Shown: positions 8,184-17,116, counted from the stretch's first letter. The stretch is 64,000 nt of DNA from Candidatus Komeilibacteria bacterium (GCA_043801745.1 JAZDLR010000022.1:65960-129959); one strand, 5' to 3'. The notes: generated by a model not told the origin, from the letters alone. Numbers and translations are program-made.

Positions 8184-11100
8184 TTAGTCGCCAACGACTT
8201 GAGCAGTTGAAGAAGTGGTGTCTAAACCTGGGACACGGAAGCCATTGTACCAACCAACGTTGTTAGTAGCAGTGGTTGTGCTGTACAGATCAAAGTTCAG
8301 ATCTGACCAGATAAAGTCACCCAAATCCGTAGTAGTGTAGACGCCCTGGGCATGCTTCTGCGAAGTAGCCGCGTAAGCATGGTCGCCAGCCATTACAACT
8401 GAAATGCTTTCATTGTCAGCTGTACCATCATGACCAGAACTGACCGTACCACGTAGAGTGAAGTAGCGGGTAGTTCCAGCTCCGATGACAATGTGTTCTC
8501 CGACAGTAGGATCACTGTCATCATTCACGTCAAAGTAAGAACGCATAGTTATGGTACCAGCACCCGTATTAGTCACTAGAGAGAAGTCAGCACCTTTGCT
8601 AACCAGATCACCCAGTGAACTAGACGAACTTGATTCATACAGGTAGTAACCCGTAGTGCTCAAGTAGACAGTCGTGGTGCTAACACCGAAGGTAAACCGA
8701 TAGAGACCAACTGGACCAGCGCTATCGGCAGCCACAGAGAACTTATACAAGTTAATTGTGTCATTGCCAGTGATAGTTCCGGAACCAGCAAAGTCAATCT
8801 TGGTAACAGTCGGCAAACTCTTGAAGATAGCTACGTCATTAAACGTAGTACCTATACCAGAAACAGTTAACGCCGAGGAACCAGCTGAAGTGCCGTTAGC
8901 GTCAATGTTAGTCAAGCTAACTTTGACACCTTCGCCAGAAGCCGCAGCCGACGGGCTACCAACTCCGGTAAAGGTGGCTTTCACCACATAGGTCTTTTCT
9001 TCGTTAACAGCCTGCTTCATGTTAGTCGGGGTAATAGTAGCATTAGCGCTGCTAAGTGATACTTCGCCCAACTTCGTGGAGCCATCCCACAGCGACAAGC
9101 TGGAGATATCCTCGTAATTACCGGCAATACCACCAGACGGACTGGCTAAGGTAAAGCCTAAGTAATTATAGGTAACACCTTCGTACTTCGGCTGAATCGT
9201 GACACGGCCGATTTCTACCGTACTACCAGCAATATAGTTGGAAGCTTTCGGATCGCTGGCAATAGACACGTTCAAGGTACCGCCAGTGGTAAGCTGCATA
9301 GCCTGACCATTAGCGTTCGTCACAGTCGGAGTGATAGCTTGCGCTTCACTGTCAACAGCAGCGATAGAACCAACAACCGAAGCACTGGTATTGTTCAAGG
9401 CCACCAAGAATGTACCAGAGGTAGCACCCGTACCAATATCGGCTTTCAACGTAACAACCTTGGAGGTTCCCTTAGGAATAATCAAGGCATTATCATTCAA
9501 AGTCAGAGTAGTGGTAGCGTTTGTTGCGGCAGTGCTACAGGTAGCACCACTGCAAGTAGTACTATCAGAATTGATACCAATCTCAGTTGCGCCAGACCAC
9601 AGGGTGAAGCCAGACAGAATGTTCGGATAAGCAGCACCAGTAGTCTTATAGGTCGGGGAAATAGAAGTAACTTCAATATCCGTACCGGAATTAACGGCAC
9701 TTAAGACATATTGAGCCACTGTGAAATCCTGCGAACCAGCTACGACAGTTTGAGCAGCCGGAGTGGTGTCAGTAGTGACAGCCAAGCTGGCGGCCTTAAC
9801 AGTCATAGTTGAAGACTGAACATTGGTAGCTGCCGGTAACACAGAAATAGTATTACCGGTTGTTTCACCTTTATTAACAATGGCACCGGCTTCTACACCG
9901 ACCTTAATGGTGTCACTAGCTGTAAAGTCAGAGCTTAAGTCAGCTTTGACAGTATAGGTACTTTCACCAACCGGAACAGAAATAGTATCAGTCGTAGTAG
10001 CGGTATTCTTCATACCAGCACCAGTGTAGGTAATAGCCGTAAAGTCTTTCGGACCAGCCACAACAGCGCCAGAAGGACCATAGACAGTTACATTAGTAAT
10101 GTCAGTAAAGTCCGCGCTGGCAGAAGTAGTTGTCAGGACGAAATTCCAACCAATGCTGGTAATATTCATCGGTTCACCCTTAGCAACAAACTTGAAGGAA
10201 CCCAAGGCTACTTGAGTCAAACCTTCAGAAATATTGGTTGGGCTGATAGCTAGTGATTCTACGCGCAATGTACCATTACCAACCGTGGTCTGGGCAGCAT
10301 TGAAGTAGGGGCTAGAACTTACTCCGGTAAAGGTTGGCAAGATGTTGGTATTGTAACTATTACCGGAAACCACTAAGTCACCCTGCATGTCAATATCCAT
10401 AGATATATCGCGACCAGAACCGCTGTCAATATCTAAACGTACATCAAAGGTAACGTTTTTACCTTTACCCAAGGTGTAGTTGATATTGCTGAAGGTAACT
10501 TTCTTTGTCGCGACTGTAGCCATAGTAGCTATAGTAGCGTTGGTATTGGCATTAACCAGCTTAAGATTCTTGATATCAGAAGCTGAAGTAGAGCCATTAT
10601 TGGTCAACGTCACGCTCTTGATAGTCAAATCTTCTTGACCACCAGCCGTAACCTTAAAGGAAGATACGATGTAATTGGTCGTACCAACTTCCTTGGTAGC
10701 AGCTGAAGGATTCTGACCACCGGCAACCACAGTAGCAGTACCTATAAGGATCGTGCCATTGAGATTCTGATAGTTACCACTAATTGGTAATGAACCAGTT
10801 AAGGTAGCGCCACCTTTTAAGGTAACTGACTGAAGAGCCAATACTGGCACTTCACCGGCGTAACTGGCTAAGCCAGAAGCAGAAGACGTATTGGCTGCCA
10901 TATTACCGGCAATAATAACACCTAAGGTGCTATTAGCCGGAATGGTCCAATCATCATTGAAAGTAGCAGTATGCTCTGAACCCAGAGACTTACTGTAATC
11001 ATTCAAAGGCTGACTATCAGAGGCTCGGAGTAAATCCAAGTCAGTGAAAGCGCCATCAGAAGCTATGCCAAGCCGTTTCACTACCGCTTGATCAACTGTC

Positions 11101-11927
11101 ACGTCAACACTGCTGTTGTTAGTGAAGTTAACCTTGGTAAAAGGATAACGGGCAGCAGAACCAAGCACCATACCAGTAGCAGGTGTATCGCTAGCCAAAG
11201 ACACGGTGACAGAGCCACCGATCTGAGGCACGTTAGAAGAGGCATTGATAGAACTCAAAGCACTCTCCTGACCGGTAATAGAACTACCGGTAGAGTAACC
11301 AGTCAGACTAGCGACCTTCACAACAAAGGCATAGTCAAAACTGTTAACAGTGAAGGCGTCACCAGAAGCAAACGGACGGATGGTCGTACCATCTACGTAG
11401 TAGATAGTAGAATCACCAGTCTTCTGAATCAGAGAACCAGTGGGGAAAGTGGAACCAAGGTCAGCGCCAACTGTATAGGTGGCAAAGAAATAACCCGGGA
11501 TCACATCATTAACCCGCTTGGCCCAGTCATTACCCCAGAGGGCTTTGGCTGCGTCTTCGGTCTTGATCCAATTCATCACACCGCCAGGACTAACGGCATA
11601 GACTTTGTTGCTATCAACGGTCTTTACCATTTTAGTACCAGGACGATAGGTTACGGCACCGCCAGCGGCATATAAATCCAAATCATTGACGGTTACCTTT
11701 TTGATACCATTGAAATTCTTGTACCAGGTGAAGTAGGTTTTGGCATCAGGAAAAACATACTTCTTGTTGTCCGCGCCGATGTAGTAAACTGCCTCGGAGT
11801 TCGGACCTTTGATCAAGTCACCAGCAGCCAAAGCATGAGCCGTCGGTACCATTACCGGAGCCATGTATAACATGGTAGTGACAAACATCAAAGAGACGAC
11901 GAAGAACTTCTTAACTAAATTAGACAT
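8184..11927 (-). CDS. giant secreted Thr/Ser/Gly-rich surface protein (1247 aa), putative S-layer/adhesin-like
   Basis: Signal peptide MSNLVKKFFVVSLMFVTTMLYMAPVMVPTAHA. Very low-complexity T/S/G/V-rich composition consistent with stacked beta/Ig-like domains. RBS GGAGATAG 7 nt upstream of the ATG. Confidence 0.55.
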   Translation of the reverse strand: MSNLVKKFFVVSLMFVTTMLYMAPVMVPTAHALAAGDLIKGPNSEAVYYIGADNKKYVFPDAKTYFTWYKNFNGIKKVTVNDLDLYAAGGAVTYRPGTKMVKTVDSNKVYAVSPGGVMNWIKTEDAAKALWGNDWAKRVNDVIPGYFFATYTVGADLGSTFPTGSLIQKTGDSTIYYVDGTTIRPFASGDAFTVNSFDYAFVVKVASLTGYSTGSSITGQESALSSINASSNVPQIGGSVTVSLASDTPATGMVLGSAARYPFTKVNFTNNSSVDVTVDQAVVKRLGIASDGAFTDLDLLRASDSQPLNDYSKSLGSEHTATFNDDWTIPANSTLGVIIAGNMAANTSSASGLASYAGEVPVLALQSVTLKGGATLTGSLPISGNYQNLNGTILIGTATVVAGGQNPSAATKEVGTTNYIVSSFKVTAGGQEDLTIKSVTLTNNGSTSASDIKNLKLVNANTNATIATMATVATKKVTFSNINYTLGKGKNVTFDVRLDIDSGSGRDISMDIDMQGDLVVSGNSYNTNILPTFTGVSSSPYFNAAQTTVGNGTLRVESLAISPTNISEGLTQVALGSFKFVAKGEPMNITSIGWNFVLTTTSASADFTDITNVTVYGPSGAVVAGPKDFTAITYTGAGMKNTATTTDTISVPVGESTYTVKADLSSDFTASDTIKVGVEAGAIVNKGETTGNTISVLPAATNVQSSTMTVKAASLAVTTDTTPAAQTVVAGSQDFTVAQYVLSAVNSGTDIEVTSISPTYKTTGAAYPNILSGFTLWSGATEIGINSDSTTCSGATCSTAATNATTTLTLNDNALIIPKGTSKVVTLKADIGTGATSGTFLVALNNTSASVVGSIAAVDSEAQAITPTVTNANGQAMQLTTGGTLNVSIASDPKASNYIAGSTVEIGRVTIQPKYEGVTYNYLGFTLASPSGGIAGNYEDISSLSLWDGSTKLGEVSLSSANATITPTNMKQAVNEEKTYVVKATFTGVGSPSAAASGEGVKVSLTNIDANGTSAGSSALTVSGIGTTFNDVAIFKSLPTVTKIDFAGSGTITGNDTINLYKFSVAADSAGPVGLYRFTFGVSTTTVYLSTTGYYLYESSSSSSLGDLVSKGADFSLVTNTGAGTITMRSYFDVNDDSDPTVGEHIVIGAGTTRYFTLRGTVSSGHDGTADNESISVVMAGDHAYAATSQKHAQGVYTTTDLGDFIWSDLNFDLYSTTTATNNVGWYNGFRVPGLDTTSSTAQVVGD

Positions 11928-12544
11928 TTAGAATCTATCTCCTTACGTTCTATTACCAGCGCTTTCATTATCGTCTTGCTCTTAATCACTTGTGTTAACT
12001 TCCACCCCTCAACCTTTCGGCTGAGTTCGACCTTGCTGGCCGGAAGCCAAGTGGAGCAGAGCGATAACTTATCGAAAGCGGAACAGTATTAGAACGAGTT
12101 ATTAGAGTTGCGTTCAATAGGCCAGAGGCCCACAAACACAACGGCCCGCTCGATCGTAAGATACGAGTGGGTGCAAACGTTCCCTTAATGCGCGCGCAAT
12201 AAGCACACTCTTCGACTCGTCACGCCAAAGGCGAGACTCGCTCAGAGCCACCAACCTGCACGTTTTACAGGCTGATTAGTTAAGGGACCTAGTTCCCAAC
12301 CGTGACAAAGCACCATGTAGGAACTAGAACCTTAACCAACATACTTCTTTAGCCACCCAAAGGTGACCGAGGAGGTATTTGCGCGTTAGTTATGGGAAAA
12401 CGTTTGCTGTCCCGTTTGACGGGGACGGTTTGTTAATAAACGAACATTCGCTATCCTTGATCAGTCAAGCTTTACTCGACGAACCAGAGGTTTAACGACC
12501 AATTTAAATAGGTGTTCAACCAGACCAACCGTACTGTGAAAGAA
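11928..12544 (-). other. 617-bp GC-rich ORF-free region upstream of the giant surface-protein gene: long structured 5' leader or unclassified ncRNA
   Basis: No ORF of 60 aa or more in any frame; clearly GC-richer than flanks (e.g. ggcccgctcgatcgtaag...gcgcgcgcaataagcacac); many short hairpins such as GTCCCG-ucaaa-CGGGAC. Strand assignment is by context only. Confidence 0.3.
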
Positions 12545-13825
12545 CTACTGACCTCGTGTCTCCGTAGAGGTTGCCCCTTTACTCACTGTCTCTATCTTGA
12601 TACTACCGGTGGTAGCGGCGGCGTTAGCGTCTTTTTCTACCCGTGCATCCTTCTCTTCTTGTTTAGTGCCAATAATATTCACTTGAGCCAAAATACTGGT
12701 AATTGAATCAATCAATGTCTTGCTGGCTTCTAATTTCTTACCAGCCCCATCTTCCTTGCCCTCGGTCAGAAGCTTAGCGGCTGCGGCTAAATCAGTTTCT
12801 GCCTCTTTTACCTGACCAGCTAACTTGATATATTGGGGATACAGAACGCTCTTAGTAGTATCCTCTAAAATCAGCTTGCGGACCGACTGTTCATCAATAC
12901 TAGCCATAACCTTTTTAATGTCATCTAGTTTAGACTGTTGCGAAGCAATTCTATTAGTCATTAGATCGTTAACTTCTGATTGAGCTACTGCATTATTATC
13001 CTGATCCTTCATTTCCAATACTGTATTGTCCGCGTTAGTAGAAACTCCTTCATGCAATTTAATGGCTTCAGTAAAAGCAGTGACCACGTCCTTACCGCGA
13101 ACTTCCTCGCTCTTAATATCTACACCGCTCTGTTTATTGACTTTAACTTGCTTGTAAATCTTCTGATTACTGGCAATCACGCGTCCATCAACTACCACCA
13201 CACCGGCAATAGCTTTGGCTTGCTGTTCCAGGGTCTTGGCAGTACTTTCAGCCCGACGGGATAAATTGCGGGCCAGATTAAGAGTCTTATTAACACGGTT
13301 GGCATCACCACTGGATTTGGCAATTTTCAAACTGCTGTCAGCTGCCACAATATTTTTCTCCATACGTCGCACTAATTCTGCCATAGCCTGATCTTTAACT
13401 TGAGGGTCAATATTTTCTTTGGAAGAAATCACTGCCAGCTCCCGTAAACGGTTATCCGCGTGCTTCATGGAAATTTCCGCTTCAGACACCGGGTCATTAG
13501 CAAAAGTTAATTCGGCTTTTTCTAGAGAAATCTTAATAGTATAGAGTAAATCTCCCGGAACAGCCGCCTGAGCCATAAAACCAGTAGAAGAAATCGTCAG
13601 AACCATGACAGCAAAAACTACCAACTTGACCGTAGACGGTACGAAGCGGCGGGTAATGCGTAAAGAAACTAATTCGGCCTGCTGACCCAAGGACAGATTT
13701 TCAGCTTGGCGTTGTTTCTGAATTAAAGAAATCTCTGACAACAAAGCAGCTTTATCCACACGTAACCAATCCTTATCAGGAATTAGGTCGGACTGCTGTT
13801 TAATTTTGTTGATTTGATGGATCAT
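12545..13825 (-). CDS. putative anti-sigma factor (single-TM, DUF5667-like extracytoplasmic coiled-coil domain)
   Basis: 426 aa. ~65-aa cytoplasmic N-terminus, TM VKLVVFAVMVLTISSTGFMAQAA, then PGDLLYTIKISLEKAE and long coiled-coil. Overlaps upstream ECF sigma gene by 26 nt, suggesting translational coupling. Confidence 0.45.
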   Translation of the reverse strand: MIHQINKIKQQSDLIPDKDWLRVDKAALLSEISLIQKQRQAENLSLGQQAELVSLRITRRFVPSTVKLVVFAVMVLTISSTGFMAQAAVPGDLLYTIKISLEKAELTFANDPVSEAEISMKHADNRLRELAVISSKENIDPQVKDQAMAELVRRMEKNIVAADSSLKIAKSSGDANRVNKTLNLARNLSRRAESTAKTLEQQAKAIAGVVVVDGRVIASNQKIYKQVKVNKQSGVDIKSEEVRGKDVVTAFTEAIKLHEGVSTNADNTVLEMKDQDNNAVAQSEVNDLMTNRIASQQSKLDDIKKVMASIDEQSVRKLILEDTTKSVLYPQYIKLAGQVKEAETDLAAAAKLLTEGKEDGAGKKLEASKTLIDSITSILAQVNIIGTKQEEKDARVEKDANAAATTGSIKIETVSKGATSTETRGQ

Positions 13826-14363
13826 GGGGAATCTCTTGATATAAATCTTTCAATTTGGTCAAAGCCCGGTGCAGAGTAACACGCACATTATTTTTATCCT
13901 TACCCAGAACCGTACTTATCTCTTCAATGCTCAATCCTTCTAAATGGCGCAGGGTGATAACTTCCTGATATTCATCCTTGAGTAAAGCTATCCTCTGACG
14001 CAAGATATCCAGATCATAGCCGCTGCCAGATTGAGCCGGAACAACAGTGGCTACTGTTTCATCCAAAAGTGTCGGCGTTTGCTCCTTGGCCCGGTAGAAA
14101 TCCACAATCTTGTTGCGGGCTATCTGGTAGAGTAGGGCCCGGAAGTTACGGATTGTCTTCTTATCTATAATGTACTGCCAAGCTCGCAAAAATACATCGT
14201 GGGTAATGTCCTGGGCTATTTCCTTGTCAGAAGTCCGGAATAAAACGTAAGTATAAATCTTAGCGGCATACTGGTCATAGAAAAAGCCGAAAGCATCAGT
14301 ATCACCGGCTAACAGCCGCAAATAGGCAATACGCTCCTTTAAACTTTTACGAACACCTTTCAT
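13800..14363 (-). CDS. ECF-type sigma-70 family RNA polymerase sigma factor
   Basis: 187 aa; region 2 (DAFGFFYDQYAAKIYTYVLFRTSDKEIAQDITHDVFLRAW) and region 4 HTH (LSIEEISTVLGKDKNNVRVTLHRALTKLK). Confidence 0.8.
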   Translation of the reverse strand: MKGVRKSLKERIAYLRLLAGDTDAFGFFYDQYAAKIYTYVLFRTSDKEIAQDITHDVFLRAWQYIIDKKTIRNFRALLYQIARNKIVDFYRAKEQTPTLLDETVATVVPAQSGSGYDLDILRQRIALLKDEYQEVITLRHLEGLSIEEISTVLGKDKNNVRVTLHRALTKLKDLYQEIPHDPSNQQN

Positions 14364-14495
14364 TTAAGTAGTCGAAAAAATAGCTAAATAATTACACTAG
14401 CGGCTGCGAAATAGACACAATACACAAAAAAGCCCCTTAAAAGGCCCAAGACAAACAATGTACTCTGACGCCTTCATCATCAGATTGAAAAAATC

Positions 14496-14524
14496 ATAAC
14501 AAAATCACCTTTTTTTGTAAACTT
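14496..14524 (-). promoter_or_regulatory. sigma70-like promoter of the sigma/anti-sigma operon (-35 TTTACA, 17-nt spacer, -10 TATGAT on minus strand)
   Basis: Minus-strand reads agTTTACAaaaaaaggtgattttgtTATGATt about 130 nt upstream of the ATG at 14363. Confidence 0.4.
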
Positions 14525-14535
14525 GACAGGTTAAC

Positions 14536-14559
14536 AGGAATTAGGCGTTAGGAATTAGG
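14536..14559. promoter_or_regulatory. TTAGG-rich upstream motif AGGAATTAGGCGTTAGGAATTAGG (copy 1 of a dispersed family)
   Basis: Lies just upstream (-40 to -70) of the minus-strand promoter above. Related copies at 14687-14716 (inverted), 18338-18363, 28751-28778, 19338-19373. Confidence 0.35.
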
Positions 14560-14686
14560 TTCTTAGCAAGAGGGCCCAAAAAAATATCAATAGCATCAAC
14601 AAATGACATGTAGTTAAACAGTGGAAGATATCAATAACTTTGAAACAAATCATCCACGCATGCCCTACCAGCCTAAGAAGCTAATG

Positions 14687-14716
14687 CCTACAACCTAATT
14701 CCTAACGCCTACAACC
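14687..14716. promoter_or_regulatory. inverted copy of the TTAGG-rich motif (CCTACAACCTAATTCCTAACGCCTACAACC)
   Basis: Reverse complement GGTTGTAGGCGTTAGGAATTAGGTTGTAGG matches copy 1. The two copies bracket a ~130-bp divergent promoter region between the sigma operon and the HTH gene. Confidence 0.35.
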
Positions 14717-14791
14717 TGGTTAAGTGTAGAATAGTGTATACTTTGTTAGTTAGAAGTTGTAAGATTATAGTTGTAAGTATATTTTCTGCTG

Positions 14792-14850
14792 ACAACCTAC
14801 CGACTATCTCGGCCACAGGCCGATCGCCCTGCTGGGCGAAACCTACAACT
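14792..14850. repeat. direct repeat R1 (~55 bp) containing two short hairpins (CGGCC-acag-GCCG and CGCCC-tgct-GGGCG)
   Basis: ACAACCTACCGACTATCTCGGCCACAGGCCGATCGCCCTGCTGGGCGAAACCTACAACT. Near-identical to R2 at 15216-15270. Confidence 0.5.
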
Positions 14851-14853
14851 AAT

Positions 14854-15189
14854 ATGGACATCCGTGTATCAATATCAGAAGCAGCCAGATTATTCGGGGT
14901 TTCCACTAAAACGATCAGGCAGGCCATATATAATGGCGAAATCCGCTATATTATTGTTAATGGCCGATATAAGCTAAATTTTGACAGCTTAGTACACTGG
15001 AGCCAGCTTAGTACACGCCGTAAAAATTTGCTGTCCCGAGCTGGATTAGGTCAGTATGTGGATAAGTGGAAGATATCCAACATTAAATATAGTCCTGGCG
15101 CTCCCAAACCGGAAGCCTCTGAAATTAAAAAAAAGCGGCCAGAGCCGCCAACCAAGTATATCCCCATTAAACCAGGGGATCAGTTGTAA
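14854..15189 (+). CDS. small HTH (excisionase/MerR-like, HTH_17-type) DNA-binding protein
   Basis: ORF-track frame 14734..15189, but the first ATG is at 14854 (MDIRVSISEAARLFGVSTKTIRQAIYNGEIRYIIVNGRYKLNFDSLVHW). Basic Lys/Pro-rich tail. Confidence 0.55.
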   Translation: MDIRVSISEAARLFGVSTKTIRQAIYNGEIRYIIVNGRYKLNFDSLVHWSQLSTRRKNLLSRAGLGQYVDKWKISNIKYSPGAPKPEASEIKKKRPEPPTKYIPIKPGDQL

Positions 15190-15215
15190 GTTGTCAATTG
15201 AAGGACATCTTTTCT

Positions 15216-15270
15216 TACCTACAACTATCTCGGCCACAGGCCGATCGCCCCAGTGGGCGAAACTTTCAAC
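15216..15270. repeat. direct repeat R2, partner of R1
   Basis: TACCTACAACTATCTCGGCCACAGGCCGATCGCCCCAGTGGGCGAAACTTTCAACT. Abuts the stop codon of 15271..16356. Confidence 0.5.
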
Positions 15271-16356
15271 TTAAAACTGCACAGTTATTTCCTGCTGCTT
15301 AGAAGCGCGGATTACGGTTAATTTTGTACTATCGCCAGCTTTATAACCCAGCAATAGTTTACCCAGGCTATTATTGTTTGTCAGGCTAATAGCTGTACCG
15401 CCAACAGCAGTAATGATGTCTCCCGGCTTAATACCGGCTTTAGAAGCAGGGGAATTGACGACAACTGCCGCCTTGGCAGGATTATAAACCAGAACTCCTT
15501 CATCCTCCTTATGTCCGGGTAAACGATACAGATCTAAATAATACAATCCGACAGAGACATAGGAACTTTTAGCTAAAAACTTATCCACAGCTGCATTCAA
15601 ATAATAGGCCGGCAACATCTTACCGTTCTGACCCAAACCAACCACTGAACCAGATAAACCAAAGAAAAACATCGGGTCACTGCTGACATACTCAGTTAAA
15701 GTCGTCTGATCAACCAGGCTAGGGCCATGAACCTGACTGGCTTTGCTAGTTGAATCAATCGCATTGACCTGACGAACTATTGTGCGGTCAAATAAATAAC
15801 CGGCCACCAGATGGGCCTGTTCAAAAACTAAGGTTGAGCCTTGATATAATTCATCATCACGGGCAAAGCGGATAGGAGATAAATTACTAGCATCAATTTT
15901 AATAAATCGCACTCCGGCTACAGAATCAATAGATTGTTCGCTGGGCCGATAAACTTTATTATTTACGACAATGTCAATCTGAGCCGGTAAAACTGCACCG
16001 GCCGGGAATATTAACCAGCCGTCAGAAGTAGCTATCAGAGCAGTACCAATATATTCCTTGTCGCTATATAGCTGATTAATTGCTTGTCCGGATTGTTCCA
16101 CATGAGTATAAACGGCGGCCAAATGCTGATCTAATTGATTAGCCACAACTGTTAAAGGCTCGTCAAACTTGATCTTAATGTTGGTAGTATCGTTACCAGA
16201 ACCAGTAATGATCGTATCCGCGGGATAAATAGCTCGCATTAAACTGAACCCGGCCGCACCCGTAACTAAACCGACTAAAGCACTAACAATAGTAACACTG
16301 ACCAGAGACGGTGGCCTCTCGGCTGTAGGACGAATAAAATGCTGAAAATTAGCCAT
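15271..16356 (-). CDS. PDZ-domain trypsin-fold (HtrA/S1C-like) membrane-anchored protein; catalytic His/Ser motifs not recognisable
   Basis: 361 aa. N-terminal TM; GTALIATSDGWLIF resembles the start of the trypsin fold, but TNNHV and GNSGG equivalents are missing (FFFGLSGSVVGL). C-terminal PDZ (GIKPGDIITAVGGTAISL...KLTVIR). Confidence 0.45.
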   Translation of the reverse strand: MANFQHFIRPTAERPPSLVSVTIVSALVGLVTGAAGFSLMRAIYPADTIITGSGNDTTNIKIKFDEPLTVVANQLDQHLAAVYTHVEQSGQAINQLYSDKEYIGTALIATSDGWLIFPAGAVLPAQIDIVVNNKVYRPSEQSIDSVAGVRFIKIDASNLSPIRFARDDELYQGSTLVFEQAHLVAGYLFDRTIVRQVNAIDSTSKASQVHGPSLVDQTTLTEYVSSDPMFFFGLSGSVVGLGQNGKMLPAYYLNAAVDKFLAKSSYVSVGLYYLDLYRLPGHKEDEGVLVYNPAKAAVVVNSPASKAGIKPGDIITAVGGTAISLTNNNSLGKLLLGYKAGDSTKLTVIRASKQQEITVQF

Positions 16357-16357
16357 A

Positions 16358-17113
16358 TTATAAGCGCGTTAGAACCAAAACCATAGCAGCGACCAGAATT
16401 AAAATCAAGGTTCGTAAAAAGAGTTTCCGCCGGCTGGACAAATCCTGACCCATGATTGTCAGGAAAGTAACAAAGAAAAACCACAACGTTAACAACACCG
16501 ACTGCATATAATAACTGATCGGCAGAAGATTAATGGCCACGAAAAGCTCTACCGTAGTACCGGTTACTGCGGTCAAAATTAGCCACAAAGAACCCTTTTT
16601 CTGGCCATGGGCCTTAACTAACTGCCAACACGCCAAAAAGGTAAATAAACCGTTAATCACCAGAGCCAGCCAAAAAGGAAAGTTCAAATTAACCAAAGAA
16701 AAATATAACAGATTACTAATTTGCCAAAAACTTACCAACTGAATAAACTGATTAACCTCCAGATACTGCTGAGCGGAAAAAATTTTGCTACTGCTGTAAT
16801 ATTGAGCCAGAGAAAATAATAACCACCACCACAGAAAAACCACGAGTATGGCATACAACCAGGCAATTGCCGGCGTTTCCGCATCAGCGAACTGAAGAAA
16901 CTGCGGATAGGCAAAGACCACTAATAAACTATAAGAAACCCAGAGCCAGCCATCAGTGCGCCACGCTTTACGGCTAAACCAATGAAACAGCCAAACCGCC
17001 AGAATAAACTCGGCCGCCATAATATAAAACAACCAATGCCACCAACTAACAGTGGCAAAAAAACCCAAAAAAACCCACACCAGCGAACTATAATAGACTA
17101 GGCGTCGAGCCAT
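16358..17113 (-). CDS. polytopic membrane protein, hypothetical
   Basis: 251 aa, 7-8 hydrophobic helices, Trp-rich. Confidence 0.45.
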   Translation of the reverse strand: MARRLVYYSSLVWVFLGFFATVSWWHWLFYIMAAEFILAVWLFHWFSRKAWRTDGWLWVSYSLLVVFAYPQFLQFADAETPAIAWLYAILVVFLWWWLLFSLAQYYSSSKIFSAQQYLEVNQFIQLVSFWQISNLLYFSLVNLNFPFWLALVINGLFTFLACWQLVKAHGQKKGSLWLILTAVTGTTVELFVAINLLPISYYMQSVLLTLWFFFVTFLTIMGQDLSSRRKLFLRTLILILVAAMVLVLTRL

Positions 17114-17116
17114 AGT

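Noticed and set aside
8758-11675. Plus-strand ORFs (77-195 aa) inside the giant surface-protein gene and other antisense ORFs within long minus-strand genes
   Set aside because: Antisense shadows of long low-complexity minus-strand genes: Ser/Thr/Gly/Arg-rich with no starts or RBS context. The same logic applies to 1747..1953, 2099..2428, 40898..41158, 44407..44685, 58997..59287 and similar.
11928-12544. tmRNA or RNase P in the long leader upstream of the giant surface-protein gene
   Set aside because: A UUCGAC at ~12020 and a short ANVFP-stop frame looked tmRNA-like, but there is no GGGG 5' end, no T-arm/CCA 3' end and no hydrophobic tag ending. RNase P conserved blocks are absent.
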